Positions 53,550-64,000 of a DNA stretch of 64,000 nucleotides are shown piece after piece. The position numbers and the translations under genes are program-made. The first letter of the stretch is position 1, and each line of letters starts with the position of its first letter. The notes beneath the pieces are model-generated. The model was not told the DNA's origin, did no database searches, and worked only from the letters and a program-made list of their open reading frames with translations. The stretch covers positions 147,494-211,493 of the forward strand of contig CAVSGI010000002.1 in the NCBI GenBank assembly GCA_963727445.1, given 5' to 3'. The DNA comes from an uncultured delta proteobacterium (GTDB taxonomy: Bacteria > Myxococcota_A > Polyangia > Polyangiales > B10-G4).

Positions 53550-54764
53550 CTAGGCGCCGGTCCGCGGCGGATCGGCCAGGACCTTTTCGACGATGGCGAG
53601 GCCCTCGTCGATCTCGTCGGTGGTGACGTTGAGAGGCGGAGAGAAGCGCAGGACGGTCCCGCCCGCGGTGGTGATGAGCAGACCGGCTTCGCGCAAGGCG
53701 CCGAGCGTGCCCGCGGCGTCGATCCCGTCGGCGAGCGCGAGGCCGCGCAAGAGCCCGCGGCCGCGAACCTCGGTCACCGCCTCCGAGCCCCCGAAGAGCG
53801 CTTCGAGGCGCGCGCCGAGGTGGTCGCCCACGCGCGCTGCGTTTTCGATGAGCCCTTCCTCGTCGAAGATGCGAAGCACCGCGAGCCCGGCGGCGCAGGC
53901 GAGGGCGTTGCCGCCGAAGGTGCTCGCGTGGCTGCCCGGCGGCAGCCCGTCGGCGAGCTTCTCGCGCAAGGCGATGGCGCCCAGGGGGAAGCCGCCGCCG
54001 ATGCCCTTGGCGAAGGAGCATGCGTCGGCGACCACACCGTCGTGATCGGCGCCCAGGAACTTGCCGGTGCGCCCATAGCCCGTCTGGACTTCGTCGAAGA
54101 GCAGGAGCGCGCCGCGCTCGTCGCAGAGCGCGCGCAGGCCCGGGAGATAATCCTCGCCCGGAACGCGGATACCGCCTTCGGCCTGGATGGGCTCGACGAT
54201 CACGGCGGCCGTCGTCTCGCCGACGACCTCGCGCATGGCGTCCAGGTCGTCGTAGGGAACGGTGCGCACCCCGCCTAGGAGCGGGCCCATGCCGACATGG
54301 TACTTCGGTTGCCCGGTGATGGTGAGCGAGCCGTAGGTGCGGCCGTGGAAGCTGTGCTCGGTGGAGACGAGCTCGACGCGCTTCGAGTCGCCGTGCTCGT
54401 GATGCCAGCGCCGCGCGAGCTTGAGGAGCGCCTCGTTGGCTTCGGTGCCGCTGTTGGCGAAGTAAACGCGGTCGAAAGGCGTGCGTTCGACGATCTGCTG
54501 CGCGAGGAGGATGGCCTGGTCGTTGTAGAAGAGGTTCGACACGTGCATCAGGCGCCCGGCCTGTTCGCCGATGGCCGCCGCGAGCTTCGGATGGCAGTGC
54601 CCGACCGAGAGGACCGCGATGCCCCCCGAGAGATTGAGGAAGCGGCGCCCCTCCGCATCCTCCACGCGACACCCGGAGCCGTTGGTCAGGACGAAGGGCG
54701 CGGGCCTGTAGTTCGCTAGCTGAACCCGCTGGGCGATGGCGATGAGCTCGGCATTGGTCGACAT
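53550..54764 (-). CDS. argD: Acetylornithine aminotransferase
   Basis: NSGTEANE, SFHGRT, EPIQAEGG, DEVQTGYGRTG, AKGIGGG; between argB and argF. Confidence 0.93.
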   Translation of the reverse strand: MSTNAELIAIAQRVQLANYRPAPFVLTNGSGCRVEDAEGRRFLNLSGGIAVLSVGHCHPKLAAAIGEQAGRLMHVSNLFYNDQAILLAQQIVERTPFDRVYFANSGTEANEALLKLARRWHHEHGDSKRVELVSTEHSFHGRTYGSLTITGQPKYHVGMGPLLGGVRTVPYDDLDAMREVVGETTAAVIVEPIQAEGGIRVPGEDYLPGLRALCDERGALLLFDEVQTGYGRTGKFLGADHDGVVADACSFAKGIGGGFPLGAIALREKLADGLPPGSHASTFGGNALACAAGLAVLRIFDEEGLIENAARVGDHLGARLEALFGGSEAVTEVRGRGLLRGLALADGIDAAGTLGALREAGLLITTAGGTVLRFSPPLNVTTDEIDEGLAIVEKVLADPPRTGA

Positions 54765-54793
54765 GCCGCGCTTTCTAGCACATGAAGAAACCA

Positions 54794-54978
54794 GGGACGC
54801 TAGATCTGACAGATTGACTTTCGCCTCCGGGAAACGGCCTGGGGACGCTAGATTGACAATTGACTTTCGCGGGAGGCCATTGGTCGAAAAGGGGCGCGGT
54901 CCGGAGGCGAAAGTCAATTGTCAATCTAGCGTCCCCTCAGCGCCACCGGCGAAAGTCAATTGTCAATCTAGCGTCCCC
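54794..54978. repeat. Cluster of four about 30-bp REP-like repeats (two forward, two reverse)
   Basis: ggggacgctagattgacaattgactttcgc at 54841-54870; degenerate copy 54794-54830; reverse copies ending 54936 and 54978. Confidence 0.92.
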
Positions 54979-54985
54979 TCAGCTG

Positions 54986-55858
54986 TCAGCTGCGCGTGAT
55001 CTCGGTCCCTACGCCCTCGTCGGTGAAGAGCTCGAGGAGGACGGCGTGCTTCTGGCGGCCGTCGATGATGTGGGCCTTGCGGACGCCGCCGTTCAACGCG
55101 TCGAGGGCGCAGCGGACCTTGGGGATCATGCCGCCGGCGATGACGCCCTCGCCTTCCAGTCGGTCCACGTCCGCGGGGCTGAGGGAGGAGATCACCTCTC
55201 CGTCGCCGCCCTTCACTCCCTCGGTGTCGGTGAGCATGACGAGCTTGCGCGCGCCAATGGCGGCGGCGAGCTCCCCCGCGATCGTGTCGGCGTTGACGTT
55301 CAAGGAGTGCCCGTCCGCGTCGACGGCGACGGGAGCGATGACCGGGATGAAGCCGCTCTCGAGGAGACGCCGGACGACGTCGGGGTTCACGTGCTTGACG
55401 CGCCCGACGCGGCCCGGGTCGACCTCTTTGCCGGACTTGGTCTTCATCTGCGGGATCTTCTCCGCTCGCAGGAAGTTGTCGTCCCGCCCCGTGAGGCCCA
55501 CCGCGCGGCCACCGTGAGTGCCGATGAGTGAGACGATCTGCTGATTGGTCGAGCCGCCGAGCACCATCTCCACCACTTCCATGGTGGCGTCATCGGTCAC
55601 GCGCAGACCGTCGATGCGCTCCGAGACCACGCCGAGCGCCCCGAGCTTCTCGTCGATCTGCGGGCCGCCCCCGTGAACGACGATGGGATTGATGCCGACG
55701 TACTTCAGGAGCACCACGTCCCGCGCGAAGGAGTTGCGGAGCGCCGGATCGACCATCGCGTGGCCGCCGTACTTGATGACGAAGATCTCGCCGTGAAAGG
55801 TACGGATGTAAGGCAGCGCCTCGTGCAGCACCGCCGCCTTTTCGATGAGATGTTCCAT
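54986..55858 (-). CDS. argB: Acetylglutamate kinase
   Basis: VIKYGGHAM, VHGGGPQI, GLRVTD, NVNADT, GGMIPK. Confidence 0.97.
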   Translation of the reverse strand: MEHLIEKAAVLHEALPYIRTFHGEIFVIKYGGHAMVDPALRNSFARDVVLLKYVGINPIVVHGGGPQIDEKLGALGVVSERIDGLRVTDDATMEVVEMVLGGSTNQQIVSLIGTHGGRAVGLTGRDDNFLRAEKIPQMKTKSGKEVDPGRVGRVKHVNPDVVRRLLESGFIPVIAPVAVDADGHSLNVNADTIAGELAAAIGARKLVMLTDTEGVKGGDGEVISSLSPADVDRLEGEGVIAGGMIPKVRCALDALNGGVRKAHIIDGRQKHAVLLELFTDEGVGTEITRS

Positions 55859-57300
55859 CAAAGAATGTACTTGGCGAGATCCTGGTCGCGCAGGATCGGG
55901 TCGAGCGCCTTTTCGACGTAGGCGCCGTCGACGACGACCTTCTTCGCGCTCTGTTCCGGAGCGACGAAGCTGAGCTCTTCGAGGACCGCTTCCAGGATGG
56001 TGTGAAGGCGGCGGGCGCCGATGTTCTCGGCGCGTTGGTTGGTCTCGGCGGCGTAGCTCGCCATCGCCTCGATCGCGCTGTCCTCGAAGACCAGCTCGAG
56101 GCCCTCGGTGGCCATCAGCGCCTCGTACTGGCGGGTGAGGGCGTTCTTCGGCTCGGTGAGGATGCGGATGAAGTCCGCTTTCTCGAGGGAGGTGAGCTCG
56201 ACGCGAATCGGAAAGCGGCCCTGGAGCTCGGGGATGAGGTCCGACACCTCGGCCACGTGAAAGGCGCCCGCGGCGATGAAGAGGATGTGGTCGGTCTTCA
56301 CCGGCCCGTACTTGGTGCTGACTGTGGAGCCCTCGACGATGGGCAACAGATCGCGCTGCACGCCTTCGCGCGACACGTCCGGCCCGCTCTGCGCCGCCTG
56401 CCGGCCGGCGACCTTGTCGATCTCGTCGAGGAAGACGATGCCGCTCTGCTCGGTGCGCTGAATGGCTTCGCGCTGGACGCCGTCCATGTCGATGAGCTTC
56501 TGCGCTTCCTCCTGTTCGAGCAGCGGGCGCGCGTCCTTGACCTTGCGCGAGCGGCGCTTCTTCGGAGGGCCGCGGAAGCCGGGGAGGCTCCCCAGCATGT
56601 CCTTGAGGTTCATCTCCTCCATGCCGTTCGCGCCGAAGATGGTCATGAAGGGGTTGCCCCCTTCGACCACGTCGACGTCGACCTCCTCGTCCTCGAGGTG
56701 GCCGGCGCGGAGCTGCTCGCGAATGGCGGCGAGGGTGGAGGTGTCGGCGACGGGCGCCGCGGGCGTCATGGCCGCGCCCGGCGGCGGGGTGACCAGGAAG
56801 GGCCCGAAGGGCGTCGGATTGGACTGCGGCCTCGGCTGGGCCGCAGGCGCCGTCCCGTCCCGCTCGGCGCGCTTCTGGGCGAGGAGCTGCACCAGGCGCT
56901 CTTCGGCGTTTTCGACCGCCCGGGTCTTGACCGCTTCGGTCTTCTCCTCGCGGACGAGCTTGATCGCGATCTCCACCAGGTCGCGGATCATCGATTCGAC
57001 GTCGCGACCCACGTAACCGACCTCGGTGAACTTCGACGCCTCCACCTTGATGAAGGGCGCGCGGGCGAGCTTGGCGAGACGTCGCGCGATCTCCGTCTTC
57101 CCCACGCCCGTCGGCCCGATCATGATGATGTTCTTCGGCGCGATCTCCTCGCGGAGCTCGCCGGCGACGTGCTGGCGGCGCCAGCGATTTCTCAGCGCCA
57201 CCGCGACAGCGCGCTTCGCGCCGTTCTGCCCGATGATGTACCGGTCGAGCTCGCTGACGATCTCGCGCGGCGTGAAGTTGGTCGCGGTGTTCTTGCTCAT
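55858..57300 (-). CDS. hslU: HslUV protease ATPase subunit
   Basis: [44 protein letters not shown]. Confidence 0.98.
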   Translation of the reverse strand: MSKNTATNFTPREIVSELDRYIIGQNGAKRAVAVALRNRWRRQHVAGELREEIAPKNIIMIGPTGVGKTEIARRLAKLARAPFIKVEASKFTEVGYVGRDVESMIRDLVEIAIKLVREEKTEAVKTRAVENAEERLVQLLAQKRAERDGTAPAAQPRPQSNPTPFGPFLVTPPPGAAMTPAAPVADTSTLAAIREQLRAGHLEDEEVDVDVVEGGNPFMTIFGANGMEEMNLKDMLGSLPGFRGPPKKRRSRKVKDARPLLEQEEAQKLIDMDGVQREAIQRTEQSGIVFLDEIDKVAGRQAAQSGPDVSREGVQRDLLPIVEGSTVSTKYGPVKTDHILFIAAGAFHVAEVSDLIPELQGRFPIRVELTSLEKADFIRILTEPKNALTRQYEALMATEGLELVFEDSAIEAMASYAAETNQRAENIGARRLHTILEAVLEELSFVAPEQSAKKVVVDGAYVEKALDPILRDQDLAKYIL

Positions 57301-57851
57301 CAGAGGGTCTCGACGATGATCTTGTCGTTGGTGTAGACGCAGATCTCGGAGGCGATGGCGAGAGACTTCTCGGCGATCTCCTCGGCGTTCATGTCCGTGT
57401 GGCGCATCAGCGCGCGCGCGGCAGCGAGCGCATAGGAGCCGCCGGAGCCGATGGCGACGACGCCCTCGTCGGGCTCGATCACGTCACCGGTGCCGCTGAT
57501 CAGAAGCGTCGCCTCGGAATCCATGACGATGAGCATCGCCTCGAGGCGACGCAGGTAGCGGTCGGTGCGCCAATCCTTCGCCAGCTCCACGGCGGCGCGT
57601 GAGAGGCTGCCGCGGTGTGCCTTGAGCTTGGCCTCGAAGCGGTCGAGGAGGGTGAAGGCATCGGCGCTCGCCCCCGCGAATCCGGCGACCACCTTGCCGT
57701 CCGCAATGCGCCGCACCTTCCGCGCACCGCCCTTCATGATCGTCTGGCCGAGGGAGACCTGGCCGTCGCCAGCCATCGCGACCTTCCCGTTTCGGCGCAC
57801 GGCCACGATGGTGGTCGAACGGAAGACGGCGGCAGAGTCAGGCGATTCCAC
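57300..57851 (-). CDS. hslV: HslUV protease peptidase subunit
   Basis: [31 protein letters not shown]. Confidence 0.98.
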   Translation of the reverse strand: MESPDSAAVFRSTTIVAVRRNGKVAMAGDGQVSLGQTIMKGGARKVRRIADGKVVAGFAGASADAFTLLDRFEAKLKAHRGSLSRAAVELAKDWRTDRYLRRLEAMLIVMDSEATLLISGTGDVIEPDEGVVAIGSGGSYALAAARALMRHTDMNAEEIAEKSLAIASEICVYTNDKIIVETL

Positions 57852-57859
57852 GGTGGCGG

Positions 57860-57888
57860 AAGCTAAGGACCCGGTTTTGTGGTGTCAA
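57860..57888 (-). promoter_or_regulatory. Sigma70-type promoter of hslVU-arg operon
   Basis: Minus strand TTGACA (57888-57883), 17-nt spacer, TAGCTT (57865-57860). Confidence 0.7.
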
Positions 57889-57917
57889 GGCGACCCACGG
57901 GGCACCATGAAGGCCTG

Positions 57918-58859
57918 GTGGCAGACCGCCTCACGAAGCAGATCGAAGACTTCGAGCGATACCTCGCCGACGAGCGCCGGATGTCTCCGCGGACCGTCAC
58001 GACCTACGGGCGGGACCTCCGGGCCCTCCGAGACTTCGTGCGCGAGGAGGGCATGCCCCTCGACGCCCGACGCATCACGGTCGTCGTGCTCCGCGGGCAC
58101 CTGGCGAAGCTCTTCGCCAACAACGGCTCGACCACCCTGGCCCGCAAGCTCTCGGCCTACCGCTCCTTCTACAGGTTCCTGATGCGCAGGGGCGTCGTGA
58201 AAAACAACCCCGCCGCCCACCTCAAGTCGCCCAAGGTGCGCAAGCCCCTGCCCAAGTTCCTCACCGTGGAAGACAGCTTCCGGGTCGTCGAAGCGCCGAG
58301 CAGCGACCGCGCCCGGGACGAGCGGCTCATGGTGCGCGACCGTGCCATCCTCGAGCTCCTCTACGGCGGCGGGCTGCGCCTGAGCGAGGTCGAGGGGCTG
58401 ACCCTCGAGCGGATCGACCTCGCGACCGGCAACGTGCGCGTCATCGGCAAGGGCGACAAGGAGCGGATCGTGCCGCTCGGCGGCGCTGCGGCGCGGGCGC
58501 TCACCGCCTGGCTCGCGATCCGCCCGCGCATGCGCAGCAAGAAGAAGGACGCGACTCAGCACCCGACGGCGCTCTTCCTCGGTCGCAACGGCACCGCGCT
58601 CACGGCGCGCCAGATCCAGAACGTCGTGCGCCGCTACGGTGCGCTCGGCGCCGGCCGGGGCGATCTGCACCCGCACGCACTGCGCCACACCTGCGCGACT
58701 CATCTCCTCGACGCCGGCGCGGACCTGCGCAGCATCCAGGAGCTGCTGGGCCACGCCAGCCTCTCCACCACCCAGCGATACACCCACGTCTCCGTCGACC
58801 GGCTGATGGCCGTCTACGACAAAGCGCATCCGATGGCCCGCAAGGGTGGCGACGACTGA
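57918..58859 (+). CDS. xerC: Tyrosine recombinase XerC-type
   Basis: RDRAILELLYGGGLR, GKGDKER, HPHALRH, ELLGHASLSTTQRYTH, AHP; position between trmFO and hslV. Confidence 0.88.
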   Translation: MADRLTKQIEDFERYLADERRMSPRTVTTYGRDLRALRDFVREEGMPLDARRITVVVLRGHLAKLFANNGSTTLARKLSAYRSFYRFLMRRGVVKNNPAAHLKSPKVRKPLPKFLTVEDSFRVVEAPSSDRARDERLMVRDRAILELLYGGGLRLSEVEGLTLERIDLATGNVRVIGKGDKERIVPLGGAAARALTAWLAIRPRMRSKKKDATQHPTALFLGRNGTALTARQIQNVVRRYGALGAGRGDLHPHALRHTCATHLLDAGADLRSIQELLGHASLSTTQRYTHVSVDRLMAVYDKAHPMARKGGDD

Positions 58860-58860
58860 G

Positions 58861-59259
58861 ATGGAGTCCAAACCGCGTCCGTGGCTCGTCGTCGCAGGCG
58901 TGAGCGGCGCCCTCGCGATCGCCATGGGCGCCTTCGGCGCACACGGCCTCGAGTCGACCCTCGCGGAAGCAGCCGATGGAGCGCGGCGCCTCGAGTGGTG
59001 GAAGACCGCAGCACACTATCACCTGATCCACAGCCTCGCGCTCGTGGGCGTGGCCTGGCTTCGGGGGCACGGGCCGCGTCGCGCCGTGACCGTCGCAGGC
59101 ATTTCCTTCGTCGCGGGCATCGTCCTGTTCAGCGGCAGTCTCTACCTCATGACGTTGACCGACGTGCGCGCTCTGGGGGCCGTGACGCCCTTCGGGGGAA
59201 CGGCGTTCATCGTGGGCTGGGCAGCGATGGCGTGGGCCGGATTCCGGCGCCTTTCGTGA
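58861..59259 (+). CDS. DUF423 (YgdD/TMEM256) membrane protein
   Basis: GAFGAHGL, TAAHYHLIH, GIVLFSGSLY, GAVTPFGG. Confidence 0.9.
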   Translation: MESKPRPWLVVAGVSGALAIAMGAFGAHGLESTLAEAADGARRLEWWKTAAHYHLIHSLALVGVAWLRGHGPRRAVTVAGISFVAGIVLFSGSLYLMTLTDVRALGAVTPFGGTAFIVGWAAMAWAGFRRLS

Positions 59260-59279
59260 CGGGACCTCCCGTCCTCCGC

Positions 59280-59705
59280 TCAAGGCACCGGTAGCTCGTT
59301 GTAGTCCGCGGGCTCGACGCCGTCGTTCTGCACGTGGACGTGAACGCCGCGGTCGCCAATCTCGGCGGACCAGGAGTACACGCCCTCGGCGTAGCGAAAG
59401 GTCGGCAGGCGGCGTCTTCCCAGCTCGTCGATCACCCCGCCGCGAACGACGACCCAACGGTGCTCCTCCACACTCTCCTGACAGCGGCGCGCGTCCTCGC
59501 GCACGACCGCTCCGTCGTCGAGCTCGCGGGACTCCACCGCGCTGAAAGGACAGGTCGCGTCGTCGTGGGCGAGCTCGGTCTTGATCATGAAGTACATGAT
59601 GAAGAGGAAGATGATCACCACGGGGGCCGAGACCGCCATGCCCACCCAGCGGAGGATCTTCATCCGCGGGTCGGGGGGGCCGCTCTCTTCTTCCTCGTCG
59701 CTCAC
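59280..59705 (-). CDS. Hypothetical single-TM protein
   Basis: One hydrophobic helix; GTG start overlaps trmFO stop. Confidence 0.65.
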   Translation of the reverse strand: MSDEEEESGPPDPRMKILRWVGMAVSAPVVIIFLFIMYFMIKTELAHDDATCPFSAVESRELDDGAVVREDARRCQESVEEHRWVVVRGGVIDELGRRRLPTFRYAEGVYSWSAEIGDRGVHVHVQNDGVEPADYNELPVP

Positions 59706-61096
59706 GGGACGGCGGGCGGAGCGGCGTCAGGGCGTGCGGCGGGCTCGCCGCCGAGCCGTTCGCGGATGGCCGCGGCGCCGACGGCGTCGAGCCACGGCGT
59801 GAGGTCGGTGAGGGCGCGCGCCGCCATCGCTTCGCGCATGCGCCGCTTGCGGTCGCTCTTCTTGCCGCGGACCTTCGGCCCTTCGTAGGGCGGGAACATG
59901 CTCCAGACGACGTTCGACGGCTGGTAGTCGTCGCGGGGCGTACAGAGATGGCCGAGGAGCGCGCCGAGGGCGGTGGTGGGCGGCGGGCGCCGCGCGATGG
60001 CGTCGCCCTCGGCGAGCATGATGCCGAGACACAGCCCACAGGCCGCGCTCTCGACGTATCCCTCGACGCCCGTGATCTGACCGGCGAGGTGCACGCCCGG
60101 CGCCGACTTCAGCGCGAGGTCGAGGCCGAGCGCATCGGGCGCCTTGACGAAGGTGTTTCGGTGCACGCTGCCGAGGCGCGCGAAGGTCGCGTTCTCGAGG
60201 CCGGGGATCATCCGGAAGATCCGCTTCTGCTCGGGCCACTTCATGCGGCTCTGGAAGCCCACGAGGTTGTAGGCGGTCGCGCCCTTGTCCTCCTGCCGCA
60301 GCTGGACCACGGCGTGGGGACGCTTCTTGGTGCGCGGATCCGTCAGCCCCACCGGCTTCATCGGCCCGAAGGAGAGCGTCTTGGGCCCGCGTTCGGCCAT
60401 CACCTCGACGGGCAGGCACCCCTCGAAGTAGCGCGCGTCTTCGAAGGCGTGTGCCGGGGTCTTCTCGGCCGCGACAATCTCCCGGACGAAGTCCTCGTAG
60501 AGCTCCTCGTCCATCGGGCAGTTCACGTAAGCGTCGTCGCCGCCCTTGTCGTAGCGCGAGGCGCGGAAGACCTTGTCCCAGTCGATCGAGTCGGCCTCCA
60601 CCACTGGCGCGATGGCGTCGTAATAAGCCAGCTGCCTTTCGCCGACGAGCCGCGCGATGTCCTCTGCGAGCGCTTCACCGGTGAGGGGCCCGGTCGCGAG
60701 GACCACCGGCCGTGTTTCGGGCACCGCCGTGACAATCTCGTGGCGCACCTCGATCTTCGGATGGGCCTCGATGCGCCTGGTCACCTCGGCGCTGAAGACC
60801 TCGCGGTCCACCGCGAGCGCGCCGCCGGCGGGCACCTCGGCGACCTGCGCCGCGGCCATCACCACCGAGCCCGCGCGGCGCATCTCCTCCTTGATGAGCC
60901 CCACCGCGTTCGCGAGGGCCGTGCCGCGAAAGGAGTTGCTGCAGACCAGCTCCGCGAGGCCGTCCCCCTTCTGCGCGGGGGTGCGCGCCTTCGGCTTCTG
61001 CTCGATGAGCACGACGCGAGCCCCGCGCTCGGCGAGCTGGAAGGCACACTCGGTGCCCGCGAGCCCGCCGCCCACGATGGTGACGGTTCGTGACAT
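59702..61096 (-). CDS. trmFO: Folate/FAD-dependent tRNA U54 methyltransferase
   Basis: [46 protein letters not shown]. Confidence 0.96.
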   Translation of the reverse strand: MSRTVTIVGGGLAGTECAFQLAERGARVVLIEQKPKARTPAQKGDGLAELVCSNSFRGTALANAVGLIKEEMRRAGSVVMAAAQVAEVPAGGALAVDREVFSAEVTRRIEAHPKIEVRHEIVTAVPETRPVVLATGPLTGEALAEDIARLVGERQLAYYDAIAPVVEADSIDWDKVFRASRYDKGGDDAYVNCPMDEELYEDFVREIVAAEKTPAHAFEDARYFEGCLPVEVMAERGPKTLSFGPMKPVGLTDPRTKKRPHAVVQLRQEDKGATAYNLVGFQSRMKWPEQKRIFRMIPGLENATFARLGSVHRNTFVKAPDALGLDLALKSAPGVHLAGQITGVEGYVESAACGLCLGIMLAEGDAIARRPPPTTALGALLGHLCTPRDDYQPSNVVWSMFPPYEGPKVRGKKSDRKRRMREAMAARALTDLTPWLDAVGAAAIRERLGGEPAARPDAAPPAVP

Positions 61097-61100
61097 CGGG

Positions 61101-63500
61101 TCAGCTCGCTTCTTTTTCCGCGGTCTTCTCGCCTTCGGCCGCGGCCGTCTCTTCTTCACCCGTGTCCGGGCGCTCGTAGCCGCAGGTCTCGTTGGCGCAC
61201 TTGAGCATCGGGTTCGTCTTGCCGCCGGCACGCACCAGGAACTCCGCCTTGCACTGCGGGCAGGGCGTCTTGATGGGCTTCTGCCAGATGCGGAAGTCGC
61301 ACTTCTCATCGCTATTGTAGTTGGTGCAGCCGTAGAAGGGGCGCTTTCGGTTGCGGGCGCGGATCTCGATGATGTCGCCCGTCTTGCACTTCGGGCACTT
61401 CACGCCGATGGGCACCGGCATGGTGTTCTTGCACTTCGGGTAGGCGGAGCAGCCCAGGAAGAACCCGTTGCGACCCCAGCGCTTCATCATCTTCTCGCCG
61501 CACACGTCGCAGACGTAGTCGGTCATCACCGGCTCGCGGCTCTCGTCCGACTCCCCCTCCTTGACGATGTTCCGCGTGTACTTGCAGTCGGGGTAGCCCG
61601 TGACAGCCGATGAACGGGCCGTTGCGGCCCCAGCGCTTCATCAGCTCGTGCTCGCCGCACTCGGGGCACTTCTCGCCGAGGGGCTCGGGCTCGGGCCACC
61701 ACTTGCCCTTGTCCTCGAGGACCTTGGCGATCTCCGCCTGCAGCCGCTCGTGGAAAGGAGCGAGCACGTCGAGGCGCTTGGCCCGGCTCTCGGCCACCGC
61801 ATCGAGGTCTTCCTCGAGCTGACGCGTGAAGCCGATGTCCGCCAGGTCGAAGCCGTTCTCGACGAGCTTCTCGATCACCAGGCGGCCGAGCTCGCTCGGG
61901 ACCAGCTTGGCGTCGACCTTGTTCACGTAGTCCCGCGCCTGCACCTTGCTGATGATCTCGGCGTAGGTGCTGGGACGGCCGATGCCTTCTTCCTCGAGCT
62001 TCTTCACGAGGCTCGCCTCGTTGAAGTAGGGCGGCGGCTCGGTCTGCTTGTGGTGCGACACCACGCCGGGCGGCACCATCAACGTCAGGCTCTCGCCCTC
62101 CTCGAGCTCGGGCAGCATCCCGTCCTCGACCACGTCCTTCTGCTCGGAGTCTTCCTCGCCGGCGAGCTCCGCCGACTGCGCGCCGTAGACCGCGCGCCAC
62201 CCTGCCTCCTTCAGCACGCTGCCGCTGACGCGCAGGCCATAGGTCGCCTCGTCGTGCTTCGCCTCGATCTCCACCGAGGTCTGGTCGTACACGGCGGGCA
62301 CCATCTGCGAAGCCACGAAACGGTCCCAGACCAGCTTGTAGAGCTTGTACTGGTCGATCCTTGAGGTGCTTCTTGATGCTGTCGGGCGGCAGGTCGAGCC
62401 GCGTCGGCCGGATCGCCTCGTGGGCGTCCTGGACGTTCTTCTTCTTGCTCTTGTGCTCGTTGGGCGCGTCGGGCAGCGCGGCCTTGCCGTAGGTCTTCTC
62501 GATGTGCTCGCGCACCTCGGTGACGGCGTCGGCGCTGACGCGGACCGAGTCGGTACGCATGTAGGTGATGAGACCCACGGTCTCGGCGTTCTTGCCGCGG
62601 CCGAGGGACACGCCCTCGTAGAGGGACTGCGCGACGCTCATGGTGCGCTTCGGCGCCATCGACAGACGCGTGGAGGCGTCCTGCTGGAGCTTGGAGGTGA
62701 TGTAGGGCGCAGGCGCCTTCTGGCGGCGCTTCTTCTTGGTGATCTTGCCGATCGTGAAGTCGGCCTTCTTCGAGATCCTCGAGGACGGCGCTTGGCTTCA
62801 TCCTCGGTCTTCAGCGCCGGACGCGAGCTCACCTTCTCGAGCCGCTCGCCGTTCATGCTGATCAGCGACGCGGTGAAGCCGGGGCGGTCCGAGGCCTTGA
62901 GCGAAGCCTCGACCAGCCAGTAGTCGACCGGCACGAAGGCCTCGATCTCCTTCTGGCGGTCGACGATGAGCCTGAGGGCCGGCGTCTGCACGCGGCCCGC
63001 GCTCAGACCGAAGGCGAGCTTGCGCCACAAGCAGGCTCGACAGCGGATAGCCCCCGATGCGGTCGAGCACGCGGCGGGTGCGCTGCGCCTCGTAGAGATG
63101 CTGGTCGAGGCCGCGGGGATGCTCGAGGCCTTCGTTGACGCCCTTCTTGGTGATCTCGTTGAAGAGGACGCGCTGGACCTCCACCTTCTTGTTCGCCTTC
63201 TTCACCTCCTCCATGAGGTGGTAGGCGATGGCCTCGCCCTCGCGGTCGGGGTCGGTGGCGAGCAGGACCTTCTCGACCTGCTTGGCCTTCTTGCGGATGT
63301 GTCTTGACGACCTCGCCCTTGCCCTTCTCTTCGAGGACCTCGTAGGTCTCCTTGAACCCGTTTTCGATGTCGACGCCACCGCGCTTGGGCAGGTCCTTGA
63401 TGTGGCCCTTCGACGCAATGACGTCGTAGTCCTTGCCCAGGTACTTCTGGATGGTCTTGGCCTTGGCCGGGGACTCGACGATGAGCAGCGCCTTCGCCAT
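61101..63500 (-). CDS. topA: DNA topoisomerase I with C-terminal Zn ribbons (five to six apparent frameshifts)
   Basis: [55 protein letters not shown] and C4 repeats across successive frames. Confidence 0.95.
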
Positions 63501-63511
63501 TTGCTTCCTTA

Positions 63512-63662
63512 CTAGTGTCTCGGGTTCCGCCTCCGGAACCGTCCGCCCGGTCGGACCTCGACGAGGTCTCTGAGGAGCAACGTGGTCAGCGCCCGTTGGA
63601 CCTCACGGGCTGACAGGCCCGTCCGAACGCAATCTCGTCCGGGTGCCAAGGCCGGGGCGATC
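63512..63662 (-). other. DprA-like C-terminal winged-helix fragment
   Basis: SPRPWHPDEIA then (shift) [32 protein letters not shown]; sits directly upstream of topA; rest of gene not readable. Confidence 0.55.
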
Positions 63663-64000
63663 GCGAAGAATTGATTGCTGACGCCGTCGAGCTCGGTAAG
63701 CAGATGGAAGAAGAAATTGACCGCGCGCGCCGGGATGGCGACGGGGCCTGCGGACGAGGTTGACCGCATGGGTGGTTCTCAGTCGGCGCGAGGATTGGAT
63801 TCTCAAGCTGCTGCCGGCCACCCACGGGGATTTTGAAAATTGATATCTTGCGATTCAAAGCCGCCATCGGGGGTGTTCAACTTCGAACGTTGTGGCGCGA
63901 TCTGTTGACCGAGCCTCGGCATTTTGCATGATCGGCCCCGCGTGCCTAATGCCGGTTTGACTGTATTTCCCTGCGCTGAGATTTCGCCCACACTGAAAAT

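Noticed and set aside
54794..54978. ArgR operator boxes
   Set aside because: Do not resemble the ARG-box consensus and share ends with repeats at non-arg loci
57918..58859. Phage or island integrase
   Set aside because: XerC-type sequence in its usual neighbourhood, with no att sites or mobile cargo

Overview
High-GC (about 70%, by eye) chromosomal segment. Gene content (MYXO-CTERM-like tail, CglF-like peptide, DUF1592/DUF1552 pair, giant TPR protein, kinase-ATPase-TPR, Cys-rich lipoproteins) points to a myxobacterium (Polyangiales/Sandaracinaceae-like; inference). The left end has two near-identical tandem RND permeases and a tRNA-Leu(UAA); a decayed copy of that tRNA with both flanks lies between the two RND genes. 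The middle holds secreted/surface proteins, a patatin-BtuF-PilZ operon, a MerR-TPR/NnrU operon opposite an ECF sigma/ChrR-cupin pair, and an 8 x 104-bp tandem hairpin array. The right end is the housekeeping block dprA remnant-topA-trmFO-(inverted xerC)-hslVU-argBDF-J-domain protein-dnaK. About a dozen genes, including topA and dnaK, carry small frameshifts that look like long-read indel errors rather than pseudogenes. No CRISPR, rRNA, transposase or recognisable defence system was seen. I cannot support a clearly new system; the best leads are the non-coding elements (tRNA ghost with captured promoter, 104-bp array, GGGGACG...ACTTTCGC repeat family), a deaminase-like lipoprotein with nuclease accessory domains, and a J-protein/DnaK/partner module sharing one small domain. 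All family assignments are from motif recognition, not database searches.
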